Virus record (IMG/VR): IMGVR_UViG_3300049329_000003
Span: 2,588 to 66,587 of that record
DNA from: a virus
Lineage: Duplodnaviria; Caudoviricetes
Reading direction: 5' to 3' (one strand)
Length of the DNA: 64,000 nt
The notes under the pieces are model-generated. The model saw nothing but the letters and a program-made list of their open reading frames with translations. It had not been told where the DNA came from and made no database searches. Positions within the stretch are counted from its first letter, which is position 1. Every line of letters begins with the position of its first letter. This document shows positions 53,008-61,644 of the stretch, one piece after another. The position numbers were made by a program, and so were the translations under genes.

Positions 53008-54367
53008 ATTCCTGGACAGCAAGCGCATTACGATTGCGCCGAGTGGGTTTGAAGTTGAGCCTGCCAACCCGCACCTGTTTCCCTTTCAGCGCGATCTAGT
53101 CCGCTGGTCCTTGCGTATTGGTAAGGCGGCGATTTGGGCCGACTGCGGGTTAGGTAAAAGTTTGATGGAGTTGTCATGGGCTGAGCATGTAGCGCAACAC
53201 TTCAATGCGCCTGTGCTAATTCTTGCCCCGCTATCAGTCTCGCATCAAACGGCTCGTGAGGGTGAGAAGTTCGGTATCCCCTGCCGCGTGGTTGCGTCAC
53301 AAGCAGAAGTTGACGGGCCAGGGATCTACATCACGAATTATGAGAAGTTGCATCACTTCGATCCGTCCGTGTTCCCCGGCGTGGTATTGGATGAATCGAG
53401 TTGTCTGAAATCATTTACTGCCATTACACGCAACCTGCTAATTGAGGCATTCGCGCACACGCCGATGAAGCTGTGCTGCTCCGCGACACCTGCGCCAAAT
53501 GACAGAATGGAACTAGGGAACCATAGTGAGTTTCTTGGGGTGCTAACTCGAACCGAAATGCTTTCAACTTTCTTTGTCCACGATGGTGGGGATACTAGTA
53601 AATGGCGACTCAAGGGCCACGCGCAAGAGGAATACTGGAAATGGATGTGTCAATGGGCTGTGATGATGCGGCGGCCTTCCGATCTCGGGTACGATGACGA
53701 TGGCTTTGTTCTGCCGACACTCAACTACCGTCATCACGTTGTTAAAGCGGAGAATAATCTTGACGGGTTCCTGTTTCCAGTTGAAGCGCAGACATTGATA
53801 GAGCGCCGTGGGGCTAGACGCAACAGTTTAACCGAGCGAGTGGAATTGCTATCTGATTTACTAATGGGCAATGACGATCAGCATGTTGTCTGGTGCGGGC
53901 TTAACGTTGAGCAGGATGCGCTAGCTAAGATTTGCAAGGATGAATGTGTGTCTATTTACGGTTCGCTGTCTGACGGTGAAAAGGAATCTAGACTGGCTCA
54001 ATGGTTACAGGGTAAGAAGCGAATTCTAATCAGCAAGGTATCGATTTTTGGGTGGGGTTTAAATCTTCAACAGTGCCACAACGTTGCATTTCTTGGCATT
54101 TCAGATTCATTCGAAGAGATGTATCAAGGTGTCCGCCGCTGCTGGCGCTTCGGCCAAACGCGCGAAGTCAACTGCCACGTCATCACTAGCGAGGCCGAGG
54201 GCGCAGTCGTGCGCAACATTCAACGCAAGGAAGCCGATGCGGCAAAGATGGCGAAAGAAATGGTAAAGCATATGAGTGTTTATAACACTGAGGCGGTACG
54301 TGGTACTACATTATCTAAGGTGGGATATGTCCCGCACGAGTCAATGAGGCTACCGTCATGGATCTAG
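52988..54367 (+). CDS. SF2 (SNF2-like) helicase
   Basis: ADCGLGKS, LDESS, SATPAPND, QGVRRCWRFGQ; start ATG 52988. Confidence 0.92.
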   Translation: MTSTYAEFLDSKRITIAPSGFEVEPANPHLFPFQRDLVRWSLRIGKAAIWADCGLGKSLMELSWAEHVAQHFNAPVLILAPLSVSHQTAREGEKFGIPCRVVASQAEVDGPGIYITNYEKLHHFDPSVFPGVVLDESSCLKSFTAITRNLLIEAFAHTPMKLCCSATPAPNDRMELGNHSEFLGVLTRTEMLSTFFVHDGGDTSKWRLKGHAQEEYWKWMCQWAVMMRRPSDLGYDDDGFVLPTLNYRHHVVKAENNLDGFLFPVEAQTLIERRGARRNSLTERVELLSDLLMGNDDQHVVWCGLNVEQDALAKICKDECVSIYGSLSDGEKESRLAQWLQGKKRILISKVSIFGWGLNLQQCHNVAFLGISDSFEEMYQGVRRCWRFGQTREVNCHVITSEAEGAVVRNIQRKEADAAKMAKEMVKHMSVYNTEAVRGTTLSKVGYVPHESMRLPSWI

Positions 54368-55380
54368 ACATCAAAGTGTTGAATCAGGCGAATGGTGAAA
54401 ATTGGGCCATGTATCAGGGTGATGCCTGTGAAGTGGTTAAAGGCATTCCGTCTGATAGTCTGCACTACTCTATCTTCTCACCGCCATTCATCTCGTTGTA
54501 TGTATACAGTTCGTCTGAGAGAGACCTGGGCAATGCTAGAAGTGACGCTGAGTTTTACGATCACTTCCAGTTCTTGATCCAAGAGTTACATCGAGTGCTC
54601 ATACCTGGTCGGTTGTTAAGCTTCCACTGCATGGATATCCCCGCGATGAAAGAGCGCGACGGTTACATCGGGCTAAAAGATTTTCCCGGCGATCTAATTC
54701 GCATGTTTCAGGCGGTAGGTTTTATCTATCACTCACGGGTAGCAATCTGGAAAGACCCGCTAATCGAGGCCACGCGGACAAAAGCGCTCGGGTTGATGCA
54801 TAAGCAGGTTATCAAGGATAGCGCTATGAGTCGGCAGGGATTACCAGACTATCTAATCACCATGCGCAAACCGGGCGATAACAGTAAGCCAATATCGCGG
54901 CCCAACGGGTTTACGGAATTCATTGGGGAGGATGAACCGAAGGCGCGTAAGGGTGAACCCAAAATTACCGCAAGTGACTTTGAGAGATCTTCCAAACGCG
55001 GCTCAACGGTCTATACCCACGATGATCCAATTTACACTCATCAAGTCTGGCGACGGTATGCGTCTCCCGTGTGGATGGATATTAACCAGAGCGACACATT
55101 GCAGCGCGAATCAGCGCGTGAAGAAGCAGACGAGAGACATGTATGCCCTTTGCAACTGCAAGTGATCCAGCGAGCGCTGGAACTGTGGACCAGTCGTGGC
55201 GATGTAGTCCTATCTCCTTTCGCCGGTATTGGTAGTGAGGGCTACGTGGCTGTGCAACGCGGGCGGCGGTTTGTAGGTATAGAATTGAAAAAGTCATATT
55301 ACGATCAAGCCGTTGCTAACCTGCGCAACGCTGAGGCGGCAATGGAACAAACAACGCTGTTTAGCGGGGTGGGACGATGA
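54358..55380 (+). CDS. Beta-class N4-cytosine/N6-adenine DNA methyltransferase
   Basis: SIFSPPF near the N-terminus, VLSPFAGIGS near the C-terminus, HVCPLQ. Confidence 0.93.
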   Translation: MDLDIKVLNQANGENWAMYQGDACEVVKGIPSDSLHYSIFSPPFISLYVYSSSERDLGNARSDAEFYDHFQFLIQELHRVLIPGRLLSFHCMDIPAMKERDGYIGLKDFPGDLIRMFQAVGFIYHSRVAIWKDPLIEATRTKALGLMHKQVIKDSAMSRQGLPDYLITMRKPGDNSKPISRPNGFTEFIGEDEPKARKGEPKITASDFERSSKRGSTVYTHDDPIYTHQVWRRYASPVWMDINQSDTLQRESAREEADERHVCPLQLQVIQRALELWTSRGDVVLSPFAGIGSEGYVAVQRGRRFVGIELKKSYYDQAVANLRNAEAAMEQTTLFSGVGR

Positions 55381-55910
55381 GCGCGACGCAAACCAAGCGA
55401 ACTGTTTACCACGTTGGCGATCGAGTGCAAGTAGTCGAGCCGCTGGTTGTTATCCGCGTAGGCTATCCATTGACGAAGGAAGACGCGCTGAAAGCCGTTG
55501 AGAAAGAGCACGCGCAAAAGGTTAGTGATTTTATCGTCAGCGTGACAGGGAGTCCAATCGATATTACTACCACCGATCCGCGACTATGCGCCGACCTTTT
55601 AGATGCGCTTGCCTCGCACTGGATTCGCACGCAAGGATTCGGCGGTAAGGAGCGAAAGATCTACACGGAGGCCAACGAGCGCTTTCGCGGCACATCGGGT
55701 TGGACGGTATTGGGCAAGCGCCACGTTAAGACTGGAACATATTGCAGTGGTGGTTATTCAGGTGGTTACGACGGTGAGCCTGATTACGATCCTCCTTATC
55801 TTAGTAACGAACAAACGCACACACTGCTAACTATAGAGCCGCCTGACTGGAAGGTTAGCTTAACTTCGATTGAGATCGAATCAGTGAATGTGGAAAAGGA
55901 GTCGCAATGA
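55377..55910 (+). CDS. Hypothetical protein
   Basis: 177 aa, coupled. Confidence 0.7.
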   Translation: MSATQTKRTVYHVGDRVQVVEPLVVIRVGYPLTKEDALKAVEKEHAQKVSDFIVSVTGSPIDITTTDPRLCADLLDALASHWIRTQGFGGKERKIYTEANERFRGTSGWTVLGKRHVKTGTYCSGGYSGGYDGEPDYDPPYLSNEQTHTLLTIEPPDWKVSLTSIEIESVNVEKESQ

Positions 55911-56023
55911 CTATCACCCACTGCCACTGCTGCGGCTCTCTGCTCTGCGAGTGTTCGCAGTACAGGTGTGATGATTGTGAAGAATGCTCGAAGTGCTGTA
56001 CGTGCGGGGAGGATAAGAGATGA
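55907..56023 (+). CDS. 38-aa metallothionein-like peptide (11 Cys)
   Basis: MTITHCHCCGSLLCECSQYRCDDCEECSKCCTCGEDKR; AAAGGAG RBS; ATGA overlaps at both ends. Confidence 0.75.
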   Translation: MTITHCHCCGSLLCECSQYRCDDCEECSKCCTCGEDKR

Positions 56024-56316
56024 CGACACGGGTATTGCTGCATCATAAGACGATGGGCATTTATCTTGGCTCTGCGCTGGGATTCGGCTTCTGGTCCAAG
56101 CTTGATCCATGTGGGCAGGACGCCGCGTGGACTTTTGAAAGCATTGAACAGGCGCGGGAAGCGGTAGCGTCATGGGATTCGCCAGTTGAAAACCCGATGT
56201 TCACGCATGTCGAAGTGGACGGAGAATTCGCCACCATTGAGCAATGCGTCGCGGTAGGGCTGGAGCCGTGGGAGCCCGATGTGATTCCCGTAGACAACGG
56301 AGAACAATCGCAATGA
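56020..56316 (+). CDS. Hypothetical protein
   Basis: 98 aa coupled. Confidence 0.65.
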   Translation: MTTRVLLHHKTMGIYLGSALGFGFWSKLDPCGQDAAWTFESIEQAREAVASWDSPVENPMFTHVEVDGEFATIEQCVAVGLEPWEPDVIPVDNGEQSQ

Positions 56317-56528
56317 CCAAGACAACGAAAACCACCATCGCAATCGACTTGGACCAACTGCGCGGGCTAATGCACGAGTTCTGTAACGAGCAAGACGGAG
56401 ACTTGGTTAATCGCGACCTGCTACTACGGTTGACGTTAAGCCAGTTCCTTCGATATCTGGAAACGCGACAGCCCACCGATGACAACAGCGTACTGATATT
56501 CAGTATTGAGAAGGGAGCGGGAAAGTGA
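56313..56528 (+). CDS. Hypothetical protein
   Basis: ATG 56313. Confidence 0.6.
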   Translation: MTKTTKTTIAIDLDQLRGLMHEFCNEQDGDLVNRDLLLRLTLSQFLRYLETRQPTDDNSVLIFSIEKGAGK

Positions 56529-56746
56529 GACTGATAGAGTTCATCGAGGCGCACCGCAACAGTGGCGAATCTATCCTATCGCTGGCCGATATGGCGGTCA
56601 ACGTAGGAATCGAAGACGACGCCGAGTTTATGATGGCGGCTAAGGCAGCATTGGTAGCCGAGGATAAGTTTTACAAATTGTGGTTAGCCCGAAAGGATGG
56701 TAATCAAAATGGCAAAGCGAACAACGAAACGCGACGTAATCCTTGA
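56525..56746 (+). CDS. Hypothetical protein
   Basis: GTG start overlapping the upstream stop. Confidence 0.5.
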   Translation: MRLIEFIEAHRNSGESILSLADMAVNVGIEDDAEFMMAAKAALVAEDKFYKLWLARKDGNQNGKANNETRRNP

Positions 56747-56957
56747 AGGAATCGACAAGGAGATCGCCAGTGTCAAGGCCGACATTGCTACAGCCGAGGC
56801 TGAGATGGCGGTCCATCGTAGTAATCTTAGCTCACTGTACACAGTTGAGCACGCGCTGGAGAAGTTGCGTAGGCAGACCGCGGAGTCACTCGCCCCGCAG
56901 CCACGCCAGCCCGACAAGAACGCTGCGCACGCTGTAGCGGGAGGCGGGAATGGGTAA
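56697..56957 (+). CDS. Coiled-coil hypothetical protein
   Basis: 86 aa. Confidence 0.6.
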   Translation: MVIKMAKRTTKRDVILEGIDKEIASVKADIATAEAEMAVHRSNLSSLYTVEHALEKLRRQTAESLAPQPRQPDKNAAHAVAGGGNG

Positions 56958-57147
56958 GAATGTGACACCTGACATTTACTCGGGCCGAGTGGGTCACGAT
57001 GTCTCTGAGGGTTTTTGCTCGTGTGGTGGTTTTCATCGACCGGAGGATGGGATACGCACCGGAACTAAGACCGTGGCGGTGGACGATAACGGCAAGGTGA
57101 AGATTATTGAATGGGAATGTAGCGACGGCAGCGACGACATTAGGTGA
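56950..57147 (+). CDS. Hypothetical protein
   Basis: GGAGG upstream. Confidence 0.55.
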   Translation: MGKNVTPDIYSGRVGHDVSEGFCSCGGFHRPEDGIRTGTKTVAVDDNGKVKIIEWECSDGSDDIR

Positions 57148-57803
57148 AGGAGAGAAGGCGCGATTTTATGAGAACCTTACCACTAAATATCGAAGAAATT
57201 GAGAAGGAAACCAGAGCGTTTATCTGTCCACATTGCAATACGTCGCTACAGTTTCTCGTGCGGGTGAGTGTCGTCGGCGTACACGAGTCGGAAACGCAGC
57301 CAGCACCTAAAGTTCAACCAGTACCTAAGCCCGCGCCTGTTTATGCGATAGCGGAAGAAGCCAAGCAGAATGGGATATTTGATGCTTTCGAGACTGCTGT
57401 AAAAGTCTCAACGCCACATAATATACCCAACCCACTGGAGCGGTACTTCTCTGTTTGGTTTTCACGGGCACACAAGGTAAAGACGCCGCAGTTCGCTATT
57501 CGTAAATGTCTGGAAGAGTCTGAACAGGACGCGGCAGGTGACTTGGAATTGTACGCGTTTCAGAACATAGCCGCGGTCGTAAAGGATGGAATTTTACATT
57601 CGTTCTTACCATACCAATTTGTAAAAGGTCATCCGCTGCCTTCGATGCTGGAGCCAAATGGCAGTGGCGTGAAACGCCCAACGCAGGAGATAACTCTTCC
57701 CGTTTGGGTGAAGACTCGCAATGGCTACGTACTCGGGAGAGGAATGCTGTTTCGGGAACTGAGAGGTAAAGCGGCAGGACAATTTGCTACTACCGGAATA
57801 TGA
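57144..57803 (+). CDS. Hypothetical protein with N-terminal CxxC
   Basis: FICPHC; 219 aa. Confidence 0.65.
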   Translation: MKERRRDFMRTLPLNIEEIEKETRAFICPHCNTSLQFLVRVSVVGVHESETQPAPKVQPVPKPAPVYAIAEEAKQNGIFDAFETAVKVSTPHNIPNPLERYFSVWFSRAHKVKTPQFAIRKCLEESEQDAAGDLELYAFQNIAAVVKDGILHSFLPYQFVKGHPLPSMLEPNGSGVKRPTQEITLPVWVKTRNGYVLGRGMLFRELRGKAAGQFATTGI

Positions 57804-57846
57804 ACTATGGACTCGCCCGACAGGTAACGTTGGACGGTGGGAAGGT

Positions 57847-58131
57847 ATGCTAAATTCTCCCGACAACCGAGGCTACGTCGGCCTCTCGTGCCCTAACTGC
57901 GGCCATGCACGAGCACACGTCATCGACACGAACATACGCGATGCCGGGGCAGCACGACGGCGGCGTAACGAGTGCAAGTCGTGCAAGTTCCATTTCACGA
58001 CTTATGAAGTACTCGCGGAGGACTACGAGAAGATGCTGGCAATGCGGGTTGATGCGAAGCAATTTGAATCAGTGATCAGTCAGTTACGTGCAATCAAAGC
58101 TCAATTTGGAGGCCGCAATGGACACCGCTAA
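57847..58131 (+). CDS. NrdR-like zinc-ribbon protein lacking the ATP-cone
   Basis: CPNCG...VIDT...RRRRNECKSCKFHFTTYE. Confidence 0.85.
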   Translation: MLNSPDNRGYVGLSCPNCGHARAHVIDTNIRDAGAARRRRNECKSCKFHFTTYEVLAEDYEKMLAMRVDAKQFESVISQLRAIKAQFGGRNGHR

Positions 58132-58339
58132 GGAAAAGTTTAGCGAAGGACAGCGAGTGCGAATGACTGAGAAGGCTATCGCGCAATACTTACAGGGCAC
58201 TAGCGACAGACGCACGGGAGTTGTTAAGGGATTGCCAACAACCGGATTCGGGGATATCCCCAAACTGGTCTACGTTGTTCGTGATGGCACCAGGACTAAG
58301 GTGTCGTATCACATGGACTTTTGGGAGGTCGTTGAATAG
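58118..58339 (+). CDS. SH3/KOW-like small protein
   Basis: FSEGQRVRM...RTGVV...YHMDFWE; GGAGG upstream. Confidence 0.65.
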   Translation: MDTAKEKFSEGQRVRMTEKAIAQYLQGTSDRRTGVVKGLPTTGFGDIPKLVYVVRDGTRTKVSYHMDFWEVVE

Positions 58340-58542
58340 TGGACATCGACAGCGCTAAAACTGAATACGACTTCCTGCTCGGCTTCTACCTGCACCTCGC
58401 AGTATTCGATCCGTTCACCAGCACGTTCAAGTTTCTCACTCCGACTGAGCGACAGGAAGTGATGCTGACGATCTCGGTGTTGCAGCGAAAGTTGTGTGAG
58501 ATTATGCCCAAGGTGCAGGATCGGGAGGCGATGACGAGGTGA
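58339..58542 (+). CDS. Hypothetical protein
   Basis: 67 aa, coupled. Confidence 0.55.
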   Translation: MDIDSAKTEYDFLLGFYLHLAVFDPFTSTFKFLTPTERQEVMLTISVLQRKLCEIMPKVQDREAMTR

Positions 58543-58828
58543 GTGGCAGTGATCGTAACTGAGGGCAGGCTAATCTGCACATCTTGATAGCGTGAACAAG
58601 GCGGGAAGTAGTTAAAATCTAAACGAAAGGAAAGAGCGATCTGGTTGTAAAGTTGATTTAGAACTGAGAATACTCTGCGTTGATTAGGACCCTGACGCGG
58701 AGTTAGAAGCGGGAGAGGCGCTTGACTGATTGATTGGGAGAGCGTCTCTTCCTGCACAGTTAGCAAAATCCGTAGACGCTTTGATTGTCTTTGAAGCAGA
58801 GCACAAGATCGGAGAGTAAAGTTAGACC
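58543..58828 (+). ncRNA. Candidate structured non-coding RNA or leader (~285 nt)
   Basis: No credible plus-strand ORF; stems at 58672-58703 and 58709-58755 with G-U pairs favouring the plus strand. Confidence 0.35.
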
Positions 58829-59167
58829 ATGAGTGAATACAGAACGGCCAATGATTACGTGTTGGATTGGGTGCGAGCCAATCAGATCCGAGAGAGAAGG
58901 CTAAACGACCTTCGCGGTGCCGATATCGATCTCCGCAAGGCCGAACAGTCGCTTGGCAAGTTCATCGCGCCAAAGTTGGTAAAGCCCGGCGACGTGTTTC
59001 TGCTTTGGGTCAACGGGCGATGCGTCGGCGTTCGCGGCGACATATTGCTTCAATTAACCATTCCTGATTCAGGGGATGGCTACCTTGTGGCTTGGCGCGA
59101 TCAAGAATCAGGGCGCTTCATCTACGACCAGCCGGAACGATACAAGAACGCCGCAGGATCGGAGTAG
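58829..59167 (+). CDS. Hypothetical protein
   Basis: 112 aa, GGAGAG upstream. Confidence 0.7.
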   Translation: MSEYRTANDYVLDWVRANQIRERRLNDLRGADIDLRKAEQSLGKFIAPKLVKPGDVFLLWVNGRCVGVRGDILLQLTIPDSGDGYLVAWRDQESGRFIYDQPERYKNAAGSE

Positions 59168-59171
59168 AAAC

Positions 59172-59318
59172 ATGCCTGAGTCAATCACTAAATGGTGGAC
59201 ACAACTCAGTGATAGTATTCTCAGGATAGCGATCTGCGCTGCTCTCCCCTTCGCAGGATTGACACTAGCTAGTTACTGTGCGATCAAAGTGCTAGTAAAT
59301 CCTCGTCCGGGGGATTAA
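59172..59318 (+). CDS. 48-aa membrane peptide
   Basis: GGAG RBS; hydrophobic ILRIAICAALPFAGLTLASYCAIKVLV. Confidence 0.55.
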   Translation: MPESITKWWTQLSDSILRIAICAALPFAGLTLASYCAIKVLVNPRPGD

Positions 59319-59334
59319 AAGAATAACTAGCACC

Positions 59335-59829
59335 CTATTCGGGCTTGGATGGCAAAGTGTAGTCTTCAGGTTTAGTATCCTGCGTGTTGTCGTAGTTCTT
59401 TTGTTCCAATATTAGTGTCGCCTGCATCGTTCGGATCTGATTCTCGTAGCTCTCCATTTCAGATTGCATCTTCCAAACTACCTCTTGCGCGTCAGCCAGT
59501 TTCCCGTCTAACTCTTCTGATTTGTTGCGCCAGAAAACAACCTGAGTGCGCATCTGTTCTTCCTTTAGGTGCCATTCGTCACGGCGCGTCTCGGCTTTGT
59601 CAATAACAGCCTGCATGTCCCGCATCAGTTCGCGCCCGAGGTTTATTTCAGCCGTCTCAGCGGTGACGTGAATACTTTTAGTTTCGGCGCGGACTCTATC
59701 AAGCTCGATTGGTTCACGTCTTTGCCTAAATCGCAGGGTGGTTATAGTTGTGACAACTGCAAGGATTGCTGTTACTACATTTGAGAGCAGTAACCAAAGG
59801 TGAGGCGAAACGGGGGTTTCTTGCTGCAT
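59335..59829 (-). CDS. N-terminal TM plus long coiled coil (holin-like or inner-membrane spanin-like)
   Basis: LWLLLSNVVTAILAVVTTITTL then heptads. Confidence 0.6.
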   Translation of the reverse strand: MQQETPVSPHLWLLLSNVVTAILAVVTTITTLRFRQRREPIELDRVRAETKSIHVTAETAEINLGRELMRDMQAVIDKAETRRDEWHLKEEQMRTQVVFWRNKSEELDGKLADAQEVVWKMQSEMESYENQIRTMQATLILEQKNYDNTQDTKPEDYTLPSKPE

Positions 59830-59830
59830 C

Positions 59831-60319
59831 TCATCGGTCCAATACCTGATTCATTCTAGAAAGGAATTCAGCCCACTGCTTATCTCGTCGCTCATCGGCT
59901 ACACGGTCTTTAATAACGAGCCTTAATTTAGGGTTGGCCCATCGCTTAGGATTCTTCTTGCGCGGAAAGATCGTGCCTGAGTACTGGGCCGAATCGGGCG
60001 GCATTAGTCGTCCGAAAGGTAATTTGCAGTATCCCCAATGCTCGCCCAAACATCCCGCGTCAGCTTGATCTTCATGTTCAAAGATTCCTTCGTCTTCACT
60101 CCAGCGAAACGTGCGCCGGACGTTGCCCTGCGCATCGGATTCGACAAGAACCTCCTTCACAGCAGGAACCTTGAATATACTGTAAGAGAATAAAAGAAAA
60201 GGTAGGTAGGCTAGTCTAAAATACCATCTCTGCCACCACGGCGCACCGTCGTCAAGGTTCCACTTCCACTGCGAAACCTTCCAGACGTCTCGTGACTCGG
60301 GTTTCGGTTCGGGTTGCAT
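59831..60319 (-). CDS. Hypothetical protein with an amphipathic/TM segment
   Basis: True start ATG 60319 with AAGGAG RBS. Confidence 0.7.
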   Translation of the reverse strand: MQPEPKPESRDVWKVSQWKWNLDDGAPWWQRWYFRLAYLPFLLFSYSIFKVPAVKEVLVESDAQGNVRRTFRWSEDEGIFEHEDQADAGCLGEHWGYCKLPFGRLMPPDSAQYSGTIFPRKKNPKRWANPKLRLVIKDRVADERRDKQWAEFLSRMNQVLDR

Positions 60320-60326
60320 AGTCTCC

Positions 60327-60473
60327 TTATTCGCCAGGAACATCGACATGGCCGGGCGGTTGCGGTGGTGGATTCTGCGGCTCATCCTGTGGCTGCGGCT
60401 TAGGTGCTGGTTTTGGTTCTGGTACATCCGGCTTCGGATCGGGTCTATCCGGTTTGTTTTCATTAGCTGTCAT
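60327..60473 (-). CDS. 48-aa proline-rich peptide (17 Pro)
   Basis: MTANENKPDRPDPKPDVPEPKPAPKPQPQDEPQNPPPQPPGHVDVPGE; AAAGGA RBS. Confidence 0.7.
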   Translation of the reverse strand: MTANENKPDRPDPKPDVPEPKPAPKPQPQDEPQNPPPQPPGHVDVPGE

Positions 60474-60551
60474 TTGGGCGATTCCTTTCTGGTTTTTGTA
60501 TTTATGCTTCCGTAGTGGCTATTATTTGCACCACTAGTTGAAATGCCGCTC

Positions 60552-60941
60552 TCAATGCGATGCTCCCCGTCTCAACGGTAAATGCTCTCTTGATTCAATA
60601 AATCTTAGTGAGACCGAAGCTGACTGACGCTTGCCCGGTACTTGGTTTTTATCTTCCATTACCTCGCGCAGTCCGTCAATTAATTCCTGCTTCTCGGCTA
60701 CCGAGATCTGTCCGCTCCCCGTCACACTTGCGATGTACTTGTCGGCCAGTTCGGATAGCCGCTCACTTGTCGGGTTGGTCGCTATCTTGATCGCGTCCAA
60801 CGAAGTCCTCAACCACCATTCGGCAAGAGGCTTTACGTCTTTCTTTAATTCAACAACATCCCAAAACAGTTTCGTTACAGCGAAGATTATAGCCAGCACG
60901 ACCGCCGTAGCGACGGATTGTGCTATCTGTTCAAGGCTCAT
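60552..60941 (-). CDS. N-terminal TM protein
   Basis: IAQSVATAVVLAIIFAVTKLF; ATGA coupling to the PAS gene. Confidence 0.75.
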   Translation of the reverse strand: MSLEQIAQSVATAVVLAIIFAVTKLFWDVVELKKDVKPLAEWWLRTSLDAIKIATNPTSERLSELADKYIASVTGSGQISVAEKQELIDGLREVMEDKNQVPGKRQSASVSLRFIESREHLPLRRGASH

Positions 60942-61465
60942 GGAGTAGCAGTTGAATCAGTAGCTCGCATCTTTACGATCGTGTAGCCATCGTTCGGATC
61001 GCTAAAGTGGCCCAGCCAGATTCCCGCCGCAATCTCTCTCCCGCGCTTATGTCGGAACGATAATCCGCGCATGGGTCGATTTGACGAGCTTACAAGGTAG
61101 CTTTCTCTATGGCTCGGATGAATCCCTTTGTACCTGTCCGGCACCATGATCTCGACAGCCTGACCGACCAGTTCGCTGCGGTGGTAGCCGGACATTTCCT
61201 CAAACCTGCGATTAACCATGACGATCTCACCGTCTTTGTCCGCCACGACGCAGGTGCCATCGGGATCGCACTCTACTACCTGCGCGCACATATTCAGGAA
61301 TCCCTCAATGCCGACTTTCGGCGCAAGGAATTGTTCCAGCCGCTCGGACATTTCCCGATTCTGCATGATCAGTTTGCGAATCTGGAAGATGCCGTAAATG
61401 ATCACCACGCCACCGAGAATCATCACGGAGTTGGCAAGGACGTTGAAAGTTGAAGTGTCAAACAT
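60938..61465 (-). CDS. Membrane-anchored stand-alone PAS domain protein
   Basis: TM (NSVMILGGVVIIYGIF), short coil, PAS DGEIVMVNRRFEEMSGYHRSELVGQAVEIMVPDRYKGIH...RPM...HKRGREI. Confidence 0.9.
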   Translation of the reverse strand: MFDTSTFNVLANSVMILGGVVIIYGIFQIRKLIMQNREMSERLEQFLAPKVGIEGFLNMCAQVVECDPDGTCVVADKDGEIVMVNRRFEEMSGYHRSELVGQAVEIMVPDRYKGIHPSHRESYLVSSSNRPMRGLSFRHKRGREIAAGIWLGHFSDPNDGYTIVKMRATDSTATP

Positions 61466-61564
61466 TGAGGGGAATCAGGTGTCCAGTTGTCCCAGTACTC
61501 ACTAGCGCATTAAGGCCAACGCTCAGCACGAGCACGAATCTCGTCCAAGGGTAGAGTAAGCAAT

Positions 61565-61644
61565 CGCAACGCTCGTCAGTGCCAATTTGCAAACTGCCCC
61601 CAATTTGCAAAGGAAAGTAAACAAGCTTCCTGGCGAGCGCTGCG
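61565..61644 (-). ncRNA. Candidate 80-nt multibranch RNA in the leader of the PAS gene
   Basis: Outer stem CGCAGCGCTCG/CGAGCGTTGCG, inner hairpins GGAAG..CTTTCC and TTTGCAAATTG-GGG-CAGTTTGCAAA. Confidence 0.45.

Noticed and set aside
58386-58766. 126-aa minus-strand ORF in the track
   Set aside because: It overlaps a plus-strand gene, has no RBS or motif, and has atypical composition
60320-60463. N-terminal 48 aa of the 210-aa ORF in the track
   Set aside because: A strong RBS at 60319 and an overlapping Pro-rich gene in another frame explain the region better
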